From the NCBI RefSeq assembly GCF_001194135.2, contig NC_068984.1:64652168-64715640 (forward strand): a stretch of 63,473 nt of DNA, given 5' to 3'. Under the pieces are notes generated by a model. It saw only the letters and a program-made list of their open reading frames with translations. It did not search any database and was not told where the DNA came from. Position numbers and translations under genes: made by a program. Positions 24,321 to 37,450 of the stretch are shown in pieces; position 1 is the first letter of the stretch, and the number at the start of each line of letters is the position of its first letter. The stretch is from Octopus bimaculoides. Lineage: Eukaryota.

Positions 24321-25031
24321 TATAGTAAGAGATGAATTTTTACACACACACACACATATTTATTTCACTAACAAGAAAAAGACTTATAATGGCATTGCAG
24401 ATTAGTACTGGCTTGCCATCATGTATCTACGTGCGTATTCGTACACATACATGTAGAAGGCTAAATATATATGTGCATGTGTGTACGTGTGAATTCTTTT
24501 TGGAATATTCATGAAATGACTGCCCCAAATACCGAGATAAAAAGAAAATTTATGAAGCAATTCTCATCTATTAAACCTGTGAGATATATATGACACATAT
24601 TCATATGTATGATTATATGTGCATGTACATATGTATGGATGTATATATCCATGCATATTAAAACACACACACACACACACACATGCATAAATAACAACAA
24701 GAGTATATTTGATCGATATTCTGTTCATTTTGAATGGAATGAATCCAACCTATAAGCATTCTTACTTCAGCGTATACTGATTAAAAACCCAAGAATCAAG
24801 AATTAAGAAACATCTTTTCTACTTGCATCTAGAATAAAAGACTATCTCCATTAACAAAGCAGAACTAGTGATGGAAAGAGAAAGGGAGAAAGCGAAAGAA
24901 ATCAAGTATAATGAAGCGCAGAATAGAAGAAAAAATAGGTGCCTATGGCAGGGAATGGGAGGATAAATTACCCCTTTTGTCTGACTTATTAATTAGGTAC
25001 AGATTATGTTGCTTGCAAAAATCAACCCACT

Positions 25032-25073
<42 letters not shown>

Positions 25074-25074
25074 G

Positions 25075-25227
25075 GCCAGCCTTGTCACACTGTGTCACGC
25101 TGAATATCCCCGAGAACTACATTAAGGGTACACGTGTCTGTGGAGTGCTCAGCCACTTGCACGTTAATTTCATGAGCAGGCTGTTCCGTTGATCAGATCA
25201 ACTGGAACCCTCGGCGTCGTAAGCGAC
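25075..25227 (+). mobile_element. 3' part of SINE family A, running into a gap
   Basis: gtcacactgtgtcacgctgaatatccccgagaactac...gatcaactggaaccctcggcgtcgtaagcgac. Confidence 0.85.
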
Positions 25228-25951
25228 NNNNNNNNNNNNNNNNNNNNNNNNNNNNNNNNNNNNNNNNNNNNNNNNNNNNNNNNNNNNNNNNNNNNNNNNN
25301 NNNNNNNNNNNNNNNNNNNNNNNNNNNNNNNNNNNNNNNNNNNNNNNNNNNNNNNNNNNNNNNNNNNNNNNNNNNNNNNNNNNNNNNNNNNNNNNNNNNN
25401 NNNNNNNNNNNNNNNNNNNNNNNNNNNNNNNNNNNNNNNNNNNNNNNNNNNNNNNNNNNNNNNNNNNNNNNNNNNNNNNNNNNNNNNNNNNNNNNNNNNN
25501 NNNNNNNNNNNNNNNNNNNNNNNNNNNNNNNNNNNNNNNNNNNNNNNNNNNNNNNNNNNNNNNNNNNNNNNNNNNNNNNNNNNNNNNNNNNNNNNNNNNN
25601 NNNNNNNNNNNNNNNNNNNNNNNNNNNNNNNNNNNNNNNNNNNNNNNNNNNNNNNNNNNNNNNNNNNNNNNNNNNNNNNNNNNNNNNNNNNNNNNNNNNN
25701 NNNNNNNNNNNNNNNNNNNNNNNNNNNNNNNNNNNNNNNNNNNNNNNNNNNNNNNNNNNNNNNNNNNNNNNNNNNNNNNNNNNNNNNNNNNNNNNNNNNN
25801 NNNNNNNNNNNNNNNNNNNNNNNNNNNNNNNNNNNNNNNNNNNNNNNNNNNNNNNNNNNNNNNNNNNNNNNNNNNNNNNNNNNNNNNNNNNNNNNNNNNN
25901 NNNNNNNNNNNNNNNNNNNNNNNNNNNNNNNNNNNNNNNNNNNNNNNNNNN

Positions 25952-25998
<47 letters not shown>

Positions 25999-26334
25999 CC
26001 ACTCCTACTTGTTTAGACCAACTACAGGTGGTGTAACGTAGCCTACATCTGTCGGTGAACGTATTTGCAGAAAAATCTATTCGTTGATAGATTTGTGAGA
26101 CTTTGAGGAGAAAAATTAAGGATATCGGGTTTTCTTAAATAGTTAATGAATTAAGTAATAAAAGTACAAAAGTAAATAAAAGTACGAGTACAATCTGGGA
26201 GGGTAAATATCAAAAGAAATGTGGAACAAGTTGTTGAGGGAAATAGGATCTTAGAATGGATGAAATAATAAACACGTAACAGAGCTTATCTTGAAATAAT
26301 TTTCTTTGGTAAATATGCCATGTGCCTATGCATG

Positions 26335-26875
26335 TGTATCTTTTATCTTTTACTTGTTCCAGTCATTGGACTGTGACCATGCTGGGGCACCACTTTGAAG
26401 GGGCGTAATCAAATAAACCAAGCCCTGTACTTATTGTTATTAATATTTTATGGCCTTGCTAAGCTACGGAGACATAAACCAACACAGGTTGTGAAACAAC
26501 GGTGATGGAACAAATACACACACACACACACTTACATTAGTTTTAGCAGAAAGATTTGGAAGAATTAGAAGAAAGTTTTTCAGTAATTTTCTTTCATGTA
26601 AATAAACGTTCATGTTAATTTAAGAATTTGCCAGCAAAATCTTATAAAATGACAATGTTCTAAAAGATGTACGTGTTTATATGTTCTAAAAGATGTACGT
26701 GTTTTTATGTTTTGTATGAAAATAAAAGTGTTTACAGGCTTGTACAGAGTTTCCATCTACTAAATTCATTCACAAAATATTGGTCAGCCTGGGGGCGGGG
26801 GACATTCCCATGCAATAGGACTAAACTCGAAACCATATGGTTGCAAAGTGAGATTCTTAATCGTGGATGCTGGTA
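26335..26875 (-). mobile_element. Split SINE family B copy (tail ~26335-26520, head ~26730-26875)
   Basis: ttttacttgttccagtcattggactgtgaccatgctggggcacc; tttccatctactaaattcattcacaaa...ccatatggttgc. Confidence 0.7.
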
Positions 26876-27241
26876 AAATTTGAAAACCAAAAGTGGATCA
26901 AGTGTGAGGGGCCAGTACTTCTGTTTCAATTCTCAACGTGTGTATGTGTATAGGATAACGTCTTTTGAATGCGTTACTAGTTAAAATGGGAAACGTATAT
27001 TGTCTTTTGTATGCATCTTGGATGTTAAGAGTAATTTATAACGCTATTTCTTGGAATATTACACATGCAAACACACATACGTATATACATACGTACATAT
27101 ATATGTACCAGAATTATCTCGTCTGTATACTCTCTGTATTTGCCTTCCTTTCTTCTTCTATTTTTCTTTCTACTTCCTTCTTTTCCATTTCTTCATCTTC
27201 AAAGCTATCTCCCACTCCCTTTCCTTTTCACTCGCCTTCCA

Positions 27242-27272
<31 letters not shown>

Positions 27273-28859
27273 NNNNNNNNNNNNNNNNNNNNNNNNNNNN
27301 NNNNNNNNNNNNNNNNNNNNNNNNNNNNNNNNNNNNNNNNNNNNNNNNNNNNNNNNNNNNNNNNNNNNNNNNNNNNNNNNNNNNNNNNNNNNNNNNNNNN
27401 NNNNNNNNNNNNNNNNNNNNNNNNNNNNNNNNNNNNNNNNNNNTATTTCAGAGACTATAGGTGCTTGTATGTATGCGTATGTATGTATGCATGTATGTAT
27501 GTATGTATGTGTCTAATGCTATGAGTGAAATGTGGAGAAAGACAGAAGGAATGAGGGTAGGAAGGTAGAAAAGGAGGGAGGAAGGAAGGAAAGAAGGAAG
27601 TAAATAAGATACGAGAAGAAAGAAATGAAAAATATGAAAAACAAGATGAACAAGCACAAGCTGCATGATTCAATTCAAATTGGATCCATTGTGAAAAGTG
27701 TACAAGTGTTTGGTGAATTGAACGTGGAGAGACGTCTGAAAGTTTACATGTAAGCTGCTAACAAGTTCTCTTAGCTAAAAATAGTGAGACTTACAATAAA
27801 ACCAAACGTTGATATGTTGTTATTTTATACACAAACGTATACATACATGTGTGTTCGTGCGAGCCCGCCTATGATGAGCATCTATGTGTGTACGTAAGTA
27901 CGTGTGAGTGTATTATGTATGCATGTATACATACAAATATTCATACATGAATACGTGTGTGTATGTTTGTGTGTGTGCGTGCATCAACATTTTGGTTTAA
28001 AAGTATTGAATGGCAGCAGCAAGTTACGGTTCCTTCCAATACAAGCAAAACATTTCAGCTTTGCTCATCGATACCGCTTAGACAAAATTAGATGGATGAC
28101 TGCGTCAGACGCTCACAAGGGAATATAAGTGATGTATACTGCGTTAGGTTGACTGAAAGAACGAGCGAATATAGTGTGTGTGAGGAAGAGAGAGAGAGAG
28201 GGGGTGAGAACGAGAGAGAAAGAGGAAGAAAACGAAGGATGAGGCGGGAGATAATGGTAAAGAAGACAGTCATAGAGTTGGTAGCGCAAGATATAACTAA
28301 AGGAGATTGATGGATAACAGTGGTGTGGAAGGAAAACGAGAATGAACAGAGACAGAGACGAGACTGACAGAAAAAAAGAGACTAAGGAGGTGAGGGGGGG
28401 AAGGCCAGATCAGAAAGAGAAAGAACGGATTAGAGAGAGAGAGATAGACAGAGAGAACGAGAGGGAGGGAGGGAGAGAGAGAGAGAGCATGGAATGTGTA
28501 AAAAAAAAAAAAAGGAAAGAAATGATTTTAATCGTGGTGGTGATAAAATAAAATGTAGAATAAGCAGTAGAAGATTGGTGGGTTATAACTACAAGACAAT
28601 ATGGAAAGAACGTAAGGAGAAAAAAATTAGTATTAACATGAGAGAAAGAGAGAGAGTGGGCATATGGAGTGATAAAAGTATATGAAGAAAACATAAATGA
28701 TTGACTGGCAAGTAGATACAGCGGAAGAGACAGTTTATGCATACGTATATATTATATTATATAAGTGCCAAAGTACGAAACACTCGGCCCTTAAGCTGTC
28801 GTTCCTTTAACGAAATATTAGTATTAAAAATATACATACTCGTATTTTGAGTTCTATTT

Positions 28860-29250
28860 TTCCTGTTTGCATCACCAGCTGTCTGGTAAGAAGCGTGCTT
28901 CCCAACCACATGGCTCCGGGTTCAGTTCCACTGCGTGGCATCTTGATCAAGTATCTTCTACTATGGCCACGTGCCGACCAAAGCTTTGTGAGTGGATGTG
29001 ACAGACGGAAACTGAAAGAAGCCTGTCGCTTATATATGTGTGTGTGTGTGTGCGTATTTGTGTCTGTGTCATCCTCAGCACTGCTTGACAACTGGTGTTG
29101 GTGTGTTTGCGTGCCCGTAACTTAGCGGTTCGGTAAAAGAACCGATAGAATAAGTACTAGGCTTTAAAAAAATAATTAATAAGTAGTGGGGTCGCTTCAT
29201 TCGACTAAAAACGTCAAGGTGGTGCCCCAGCAGGGCAGCACTCTAATGAA
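28860..29250 (+). mobile_element. Full-length SINE family B
   Basis: Colinear with 21525-21950. Confidence 0.88.
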
Positions 29251-29264
29251 TGAAACAAGTAAAA

Positions 29265-29295
<31 letters not shown>

Positions 29296-29302
<7 letters not shown>

Positions 29303-29660
29303 GCACTCCGTCGCTTACGACGTCGAGGGTTCCAGTCGATCTGATCAACGGAACAGCCTGCTCGTGAAATTAACGTGCAAATGGCTGAGCACTCCACAGA
29401 CACGTGTACCCTTAACTTAGTTCTCGGAGATATTCAGTGTGACACAATGTGACAAGGCTGACCCTTTGAATAACAGGCACAACAGAAACAGGAAGTAAGA
29501 GTGAGAGAATGTTGTGCTGAAAGAGTACAGCAGGGTTCGCCACCATCCCTTACCGAGCCTCGTGGAGCTATTAGGTGTTTTCACTCAATAAACACTCACA
29601 ACGCCCGGTCTGGGAATCGAAACTGCGATCCTATGACCGCGAGTCCGCTGCGCCTCCACA
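29296..29660 (-). mobile_element. SINE family A copy lacking the A box
   Basis: Reverse complement of 5510-5847. About 20 nt covering the A box is missing at 29650/29651. Confidence 0.88.
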
Positions 29661-30441
29661 TATATATATACATATATATATATACCACATCCCGAAACTT
29701 CGTAGAGCCTGACAGTATTATTCATGGAAAAGAATATGTACTCTCCAAAAAGGATTAAGTAATCCTTTAAAAGCAAACATAGACACACGTGTGCGCGCGC
29801 AAATAGATAGTCAGTAGTTTATATACCCTAAAAAGAAGTATACTCTAAATGTAAAGCATTAGCGCATTAATAACCGGCTATAACTTTTAACTTCCTAAAA
29901 AAATAGATAAACAAATAAATAGATAGATAGATAGATAGATATGCGTGCAGGCACACGTACATACACGCAAACAAACATACGTACGTACGCACGCACATGC
30001 AGCATAGTCAAATGGTTAAGGAGTTTGATTTCACAACCACAAAATTACGGGTTCGAGTCTATTGTGAATGATAGCTTGAAATGTCATTTTTTAAACCCCG
30101 GGTTGTTCTATATTTTGTGGATGGAAGATTTTAGATGGAAAGTAAATAGAAGCCTTTCAAGTGGATTGCACCTTGTGTCTGAAATTCATCCTCGTCACAC
30201 ACTCTCACGGTGATTTTGCCTGAAAATAATATTCAGAGTATGTACACACAGGTCTCCATACTGCTCCATTACGTACATGTTAGTTCAGCAGCAGAATTGG
30301 TCAAACAAAAGAATCCTCACCGACGAACCACACACACACACACACACACACAAACTCATGTTGCATCTGTCAAACCAAACTACGAGTCCCCTCAACAACC
30401 ATCCCTTCCCCTTATACCATATAAATTTGTATGTATGTATA

Positions 30442-31295
30442 TCATTATTCAGTTTTTTTTTTCAAGATTTCTTGCCAATACAGAAAGAGCCGGTTTCTAA
30501 CCTAGATCCAAGACTCCTTCATTGGAATTTCAACAACATCAACAGGGTATTTTTGTATGTGTGTAAATGTGCAGATTTATATGTTTTGTTTTATGTATTC
30601 TCATGCATATAGCTGCATATCTAGACATGATAATATATACTTAAACTAGAAAACGTCCCCTATCCATTGGATGGTTTGTATAGGTGAAGGGGATTAACTT
30701 GGACGGTGTCATGCAAGTTTTAATCACCCGATGGACAGGCCATAAAGATTACAAAAATAACGATTCTCACTTTGAAACTGACAATTTTGAAAATCTTTTT
30801 AAAATTTCAGCACGATCGGATGAACAATACTCGAGTTATAAGCGCACAAACAAACAGACAGACAGAACGAGATTTATATATTAGATGATCAACTTATGGA
30901 AAGCTCTACAGATTCGTACAATTCCACTGATGGCTTGGATCTGTAGTCTTCGAATCAGCTTTCTCCTTTCTGGTTTTGAGAAGCCTAATTTCTCAAGATT
31001 GGAATTTAGGCAGTGTATTACATATCCCAGTGCCCCAATAATTACAGGTATAAACCTGAACTTGTAATCTAGATAGAGTAGCTGTAGATTCCTCAATAGT
31101 TCAGTGTAGGTATTTTCCTTTTCGCTGATCTTTAACTTTATGTTAACATCTGCTGGACAACTGATTTCCACAACTGTACAGTTTCTCTTCTTTATCAAAG
31201 GTCAGGTCTATCATGTTTACATTTTACTGGGGTTCCACCAGAACTCCTTTTTATCATGAGTGGCTATGACTTCTGACATACTGTAGGTTCTTATT
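30442..31295 (-). mobile_element. 3' end of a non-LTR retrotransposon with restriction-like endonuclease (R4/NeSL-type), frameshifted
   Basis: EFWWN..KCKHDRPDL then CTVVEISCPADVNIKLKISEKENTY.ELLRNLQLLY..YKFRFIPVIIGALG matches the PD..D/E..K RLE C-terminal domain. 3' UTR ends in an A-rich tail. Confidence 0.85.
30646..30885 (-). mobile_element. Non-autonomous Helitron (240 bp) inserted in the RLE LINE
   Basis: A|TC 5' end, CTAG|T 3' end, ATCCA-T-TGGAT hairpin ~12-15 nt before CTAG, internal (TCTG)n. Removing it restores ...AAG TTG ATC ATT TAA at the LINE ORF end. Confidence 0.8.
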
Positions 31296-32056
31296 GTGTG
31301 TATGTATGTATGTATGTATGATTTATCTTTCAGTTTTATTTAATTTCTTCTTGAGAGATTTCAAGCCAGCCTCTACAAAGCGACAAGACATTTTGAGTTA
31401 AGAGAGTTCCAGGTGTTTGTAAATATGCGGTTGAGTTGGTGTGTTAGTTGAACTGTTGATGCAGACATCTAAGTGTGTGCATCTATTCACATAGGAATCT
31501 CATATGGAGAATTTTGGGAATGTTTTGCAAATCTTCACTGTGCTACTAACATATTTGGATTTGGAGAGTATGTATATTTATGACACCAACCAAGAGTATT
31601 TCTGCTTCATTCCATCTACAGAAAGTCATATAGCAAAGAAAGAATGACAGCATATGATGACCAACCAGTTTTCTATTTGCTTATATATATATTACAAAAG
31701 TTTAACAAAAACACAACAAACGGAAAATTTTATAAAAACATAAATAGAAAAATTCGTAGCTTATTCCTCATCTGTCAACGTCCCAAAACCCTTATAATTT
31801 CATGTCTTTATATGTGTCTAAGTGTGTGTGTGTGTGTGCATACACACACACCCACATACATATTGTGTGCGCGCGTGTATGTGTACACATAGAGAGAAAC
31901 AAAGAACTGCAGTGTCAGAACAAGAGAAAAAGAAAGGGAAAAAGCAAAAAAGAAAGGAGGAAAAAAAGAACAATCAAGTCTCATTTATATTTGATAATTG
32001 GATAAGCATATTAGCAATTAGGTTTGATCCAGTATCAAATTACACAAGTCTTTCTG

Positions 32057-32090
<34 letters not shown>

Positions 32091-33356
32091 TTGCTCTAAT
32101 GTGTGTGTGTGCATAATATGTACTTCGCTTTTAACCAGCTGAAGTAACAAATCTTGTGTTATTCTTTATTTGTTTATCAAAATGAAGCCTACTTAATCCA
32201 CGAAACTGTTGGAATTACGCTGGTAAATGGATAGTAAAACTTCTAAATGAAATCTCGACAGGGAAAGGTCGTGCACTACACAAGATTATCCTGATTTTTC
32301 TTGGCACTAATCAGTTGAAAGATATTTCATTCATATAACGTGTTTTGATCGGCCTACTACAAATACAATCTTTGCTGAAGTTAAGCCTTCCAAGGTAACG
32401 AGACATTCGTTAATTATACAATGACCCTGAATGATTGCAGAACAAAAACATTAAAGAAAAATAATGAGAGAGAGAGAAAAACAGACAGACAGAGCAGTAG
32501 CAATGTCGAGAAGTGCAGCCCTTGGATTCAGCTATTAAGAAACTAATTCAACTTCATCTGCAAGGGAAATGAAATAGAAAGAAAATTTCAGCGTTCACTG
32601 AGTGGAAAACTGTTATAACCAACGCCCTCTTGAATGGAAAAGTGGAACATTATTCGCTTGAAAGGAAATTTAGACCAACTGTACTTGAGTGGAAAATTAA
32701 CTTGACACTTCTCAGCTATGGGGAAACAACAACAACAACAATAATAATAATAATAATCATAAAAATTCCAGCAAACCTAATACTCCAAGAAGAAGCAATA
32801 CTCAAGAGTCTCACTTTAAATGATAGTAAGGACGTTGCTATTGTGAGAGTTGGGTGGTAATATGTTATGGGGATGTGACAGAGTGAAGCTGGGGTGCTGC
32901 AGGAGGGAATTGGTGCCGAACGGTACAACAGTTGAAGTATGATATGGAAAATTGATAATATTGGTGCCGTTACCAATATCTACACCACTACTACAACCAG
33001 TAGTAGTAGTAGGAAAAAAATTCACAATTAGCAACATTTAAATCATTAAATTAGGAAGTAGGTATGTGTATGTGTGTGAATGCGCGTCAGTTTTAGTAGT
33101 AATTTTAAAGACATTTTAAGAATAACACCAGAATATTTGCTGAATGGGTGAGGTTAGAAGTCAAACTATAAAGGTTTTTTTATTTTTATTTATTTTTTTA
33201 ATTTTATTTTCTAGGACTTTGAAGTTTTACCCGACGACATATTCAACTAACTACGTAAATAAGCTGTTACGCAAAGCTGAATGAAGGTACTTGTTAAAAT
33301 GAATTTTATAACACAGTGCAAGAAAAAAAAAAAAAAACAAAGATGAGATAATCCCT

Positions 33357-33925
33357 TCTACTCTAGGTACAAGGCCCGAAATTTTGGGAGAGGGGTCAAG
33401 TCGATGGGATCGACACCAGTACGCAACTGGTTCTTAATTTATCGACCCCGAAAGAATGAAAGGTAAAGTTGACCTCAGCGGAATTTGAACTCAGAACGTA
33501 AAGACAGACAAAATACCGTTAAGCATTTCGCCCGGCGTGCTAACGATTCTGCCAGCTCGCCGCCTTACAAAGATGAAATAATAAAACAAAGACTGTATTA
33601 GGTTGGTGCTCAGGAAGCGGAAAAGAAAAGAGAACAAAAAGACAAGGAACTGTCTCTTACGCTTCGGATATTCACTCATCTTCAAAAAGAAAGGATAGAC
33701 AAGGAGAAAAAGAACAGAGACAAAATAGTGTACTGAAATATATCGGTTTCAGATTTTGGTAAAAGCTAAGTCGATTACAGCTTTCAATTGGTACTTACTT
33801 TAACGACCCCGAATGGTTGAAAAGTAAAGTCGACCACGGTAGAATTTAAATTCAGAATGTAAAGACGGACGGAATGTTGCTAAGCATTTTACCCAGCGTA
33901 CTAATGATTCTGCCAGTTAGCTGTT
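33357..33925 (-). mobile_element. Two SINE family C copies (33357-33567 well preserved; 33745-33925)
   Basis: Same core as 7015-7227 with CpGs retained. Confidence 0.88.
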
Positions 33926-35172
33926 TTAGTGTTGTCTACCCTAGGCGAGCCCTTGTCGAGCAGACTTAACACCAAATGTATTCCAGCTATGTGAATCCCA
34001 TTTTTTCTCTTCTCAAATTAGGATTACATTGCCCCCTGTAACCTTCCTTTAGTCAAACAATAAGTTTGAGTAATATTTATGTAGCAACTATTACTTACAT
34101 GTTGAGCGACCTTGTAAATAGGTCCTCATTGGCTTAGAAACTGTTTGGAAATCTATCGGAATGGATATACCTATTAATCGGTTATCGAATAAATTCGTCA
34201 CCCTATTCTATCAATTGGTGGCCATTCTGTTATTAATCAACGGATGATAGTTCGATGAACTAATGCAGCATTTCTACAGCATTGGTAATGCCTGCCTTCT
34301 CCTCTAACATTGAATATGGGCACTACGTTTCCTTCAGACAACTATCACCGCCACCAGCACCACCAAAAACCAAAAATTCTAAGACCCTTCTTCATTCATC
34401 AAAGCCAACGCGAGATCTGTTATGTGCGCATATATGAACACGAATTTATAAAACTGAACATACTTAAATAACGAAGATCCGATTACATAAATGAATGAAA
34501 ACAAATGAATAAATAAATAAATAAATAAATAAAAAGCGTATTTTCTCCACGATGTGAAAATAAAATATTAGATATTTTAACAGCACTTTAGCACTTGCAA
34601 GAAAAATCAACTGTACTTGATAACCATCTCATAACTACTTCTCCGCAGACAGTCGTACAACAGGTGAAGTGAGAGTGGCTTACAAAAAGTAAATAAATAA
34701 ATAAAAAAAGCACATGCTATTATAAACTTATTGCGTGAGTGTCGTGGAAACACACATTTGTATATAATTACATATACACACATATAAAATCTATGTAACG
34801 GTATATGTGTATAAGACAGCTATATATATGTATAGAGGAAAGCTAGACAAAACTGGAGGTATGTAGTAGTATAGATTGTTATCAATATCGATTATGACGA
34901 GATGTGTTAGTTATATTTATATTTGTTTATTTATCATGAAATATAAAAATAAAATATATGACTTTATTATGAAATACCCGGTTTTATTATATTAGTTCAG
35001 AAAGTTGCCTTTTTTTCGAAAATTGCTCGAGCTTTCTTCAAGTCGAATGCATCAAATTGAAAAGTGACAAAACATACATAAACGCAATCTACACATGCAT
35101 ATGTAGTTACACACATACGTAGTTACATATATATATATATACACACATTTTCATATACATACACGCGTACAA

Positions 35173-35208
<36 letters not shown>

Positions 35209-35799
35209 GCGAACATATATACACATATAGATATGTATATAAATACAAATACATACACGCAGAGACACACGTATATGAATATATGTATATATTCGTGTAT
35301 AGACGTGTATACACACAAGTGTATATATGTATGCATGCATACACACATACACACACATCCATACGAACTTATTTGCAGAATCATATACACAGCCCCAGAA
35401 ACGCGTCGCAACATGCATTTCCTTCGATTATTTACATAGTAAGCTAACATTCCGTGCATCATAATTCGCAAGTAAACTCGATAAGGAAACCAGACTGTGG
35501 CGCTTACTTTACTGCATTTGACAATTGTTCTCAATGCAAATACTGCTAGGTTTGAGGAAACAAACATGTCCGGAACAACAAAAGCTTACTGCACTCTTTG
35601 ACTTCCATACATCATACTGGTGTGCAAGTTTCTTATATAATTACCTATTCCCCTCATTCACCCATTTATCCTTCTCCCTATCTCTGTCTCTCTCTCTCTC
35701 TCTCTCACAAACACACATCTACGTTAATATATTGATGTATATGTATAATAGAGTATTATATACATAGACGCAGGCGTCACGCGCACACGCATATAGGTG

Positions 35800-36115
35800 C
35801 AGGTGTAACTGTATGTTAAGAAGTTGGCTTCCCAACCACATGGTCCAGAGTTCAGATCCACCGTGTGGCACCTTGGGCAACTGTCCTCAACTATAGCCTC
35901 GGATCGATCAAAGCCTTGTGAGTGGATTTGGTAGATAGAAACTCAAAGAAACCATATATATTTGTGTATGCGCGTGTGTGTGCGAGGGAAGGGGTGTAAG
36001 TGCCAGGCTTTTAAAAACGAAGTATTGGAGTTCGAATAATTAAACTAAAAATTTTTCAAGGTTATGGCCCACCATGAGAGCAGTCTAATGATTGAAACAG
36101 GTAGAGGGTGAAAGA
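35800..36115 (+). mobile_element. Degenerate SINE family B
   Basis: tggcttcccaaccacatggtcc...gtggcaccttgggcaa...gccttgtgagtggatttggtaga. Confidence 0.75.
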
Positions 36116-36131
36116 TTGTATATATGTGTAT

Positions 36132-36330
36132 ATATGCGTTCTGCCTAGTTTAGAATAGAGGCAGCTGATGAAGGAAAAGTTCCATATGTGGCTTGTCTGT
36201 TATCCTATGTGTTCATTCTGTTGTCCGTAAAAAAAGTTCGTTTTTTTTGTGTTTTGTTTATGTTCCCGTTTCTTATGTTGTCCACGTTTCTTTTTGGTGA
36301 CGTCCTATACCCGGATATGCATCTATATAT
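36132..36330 (+). mobile_element. Penelope-like terminal-repeat relic with a broken hammerhead-like motif
   Basis: CTGCCT/AGGCAG stem, CTGATGA core, GGAA/TTCC stem; GAAAC is missing. The PLE assignment is inferred from the established PLE-hammerhead association. Confidence 0.45.
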
Positions 36331-36440
36331 ACATGTAGATGTAGGTATGTACATATATGTATGTATATATGCATGTGCTCACATATCATTTGTATTATTA
36401 TATTATCGAATACCACGCGTCCAATTGCAAGTAAGTTTTA

Positions 36441-36475
<35 letters not shown>

Positions 36476-36680
36476 GTAGATGTGTGTATTTTTATGTACG
36501 TTATTAAGAATCTGCTTTATTGGGGGCGACTCCTGCTTCATATATTACTGCGTTAGTATTACATCTGATTGAGGTAGCACCATTCTCTTAGCGACGTGAA
36601 ATCATGGATAAAAACTCTAGGATCTCCATATTTCGCTGTGTGTAGTTGGGAAGGCTTAAATAAGAACTTATACATGTAGC

Positions 36681-36711
<31 letters not shown>

Positions 36712-36944
36712 TCCCCCACTCTACACACACACACATACATTAATGCTTCCTTTTATCTTTAGTTATAATTTAAACAATTTCACATTAATCTACTGGTTTA
36801 CTCTATACTTTTGTAGAGTACAACTTTATTATTCTTAAACAAGGATGTTGCTGATAGTGACTTCGAAGTTTCAGCCAGCTAAGCCATCGTTCTTAAACAA
36901 AAATCCGATGATTATAAATAATAAATATATACATATATATCAAA

Positions 36945-37200
36945 AGACCCTCACGAGCCATATGCTCATAAAGCCTGCTTCCCGGATTCTGTGGTGTATA
37001 TATCGGCACCGTTCTTGGATGGGACTCCGGTCCGCTGCAGGATTTTCTTCTTATTTTTTTTTTTTTGCCAACTGAGTGGACTGGGTCAAAATGAAATGAA
37101 GTGTTTTGCTCAAGAGCAGAATGCATCGCCCGGTCCAGGAATCGAAACCACAATCTTACGATCATAGGTGCAACATCTTAACCACTAACCCATGCGCCTC
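36945..37200 (-). mobile_element. tRNA-headed SINE of a further family (D)
   Basis: Minus strand GGCGCATGGGTTAGTGG (A box) and GGTTTCGATTCC (B box), then CCTGCAGCGGACCGGAGTCCCATCC, reminiscent of V/Meta-type SINE cores. Confidence 0.7.
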
Positions 37201-37406
37201 CATACACACACACACACACACACACGTATATATGTGTGTGTGTGTTTATGTGCATATATCAGTGTATAAATATGTAATATATGTCTAGATATATGTATAT
37301 AAATTTAGAGAAACTACGTCACGAAAAACACCTATCAAGCCAAGCAACTCTTAAAAGCACGTCTTCTCCATGAATGAACATAGAAGAGCCACAAAGTGAA
37401 ACTGAA

Positions 37407-37450
<44 letters not shown>

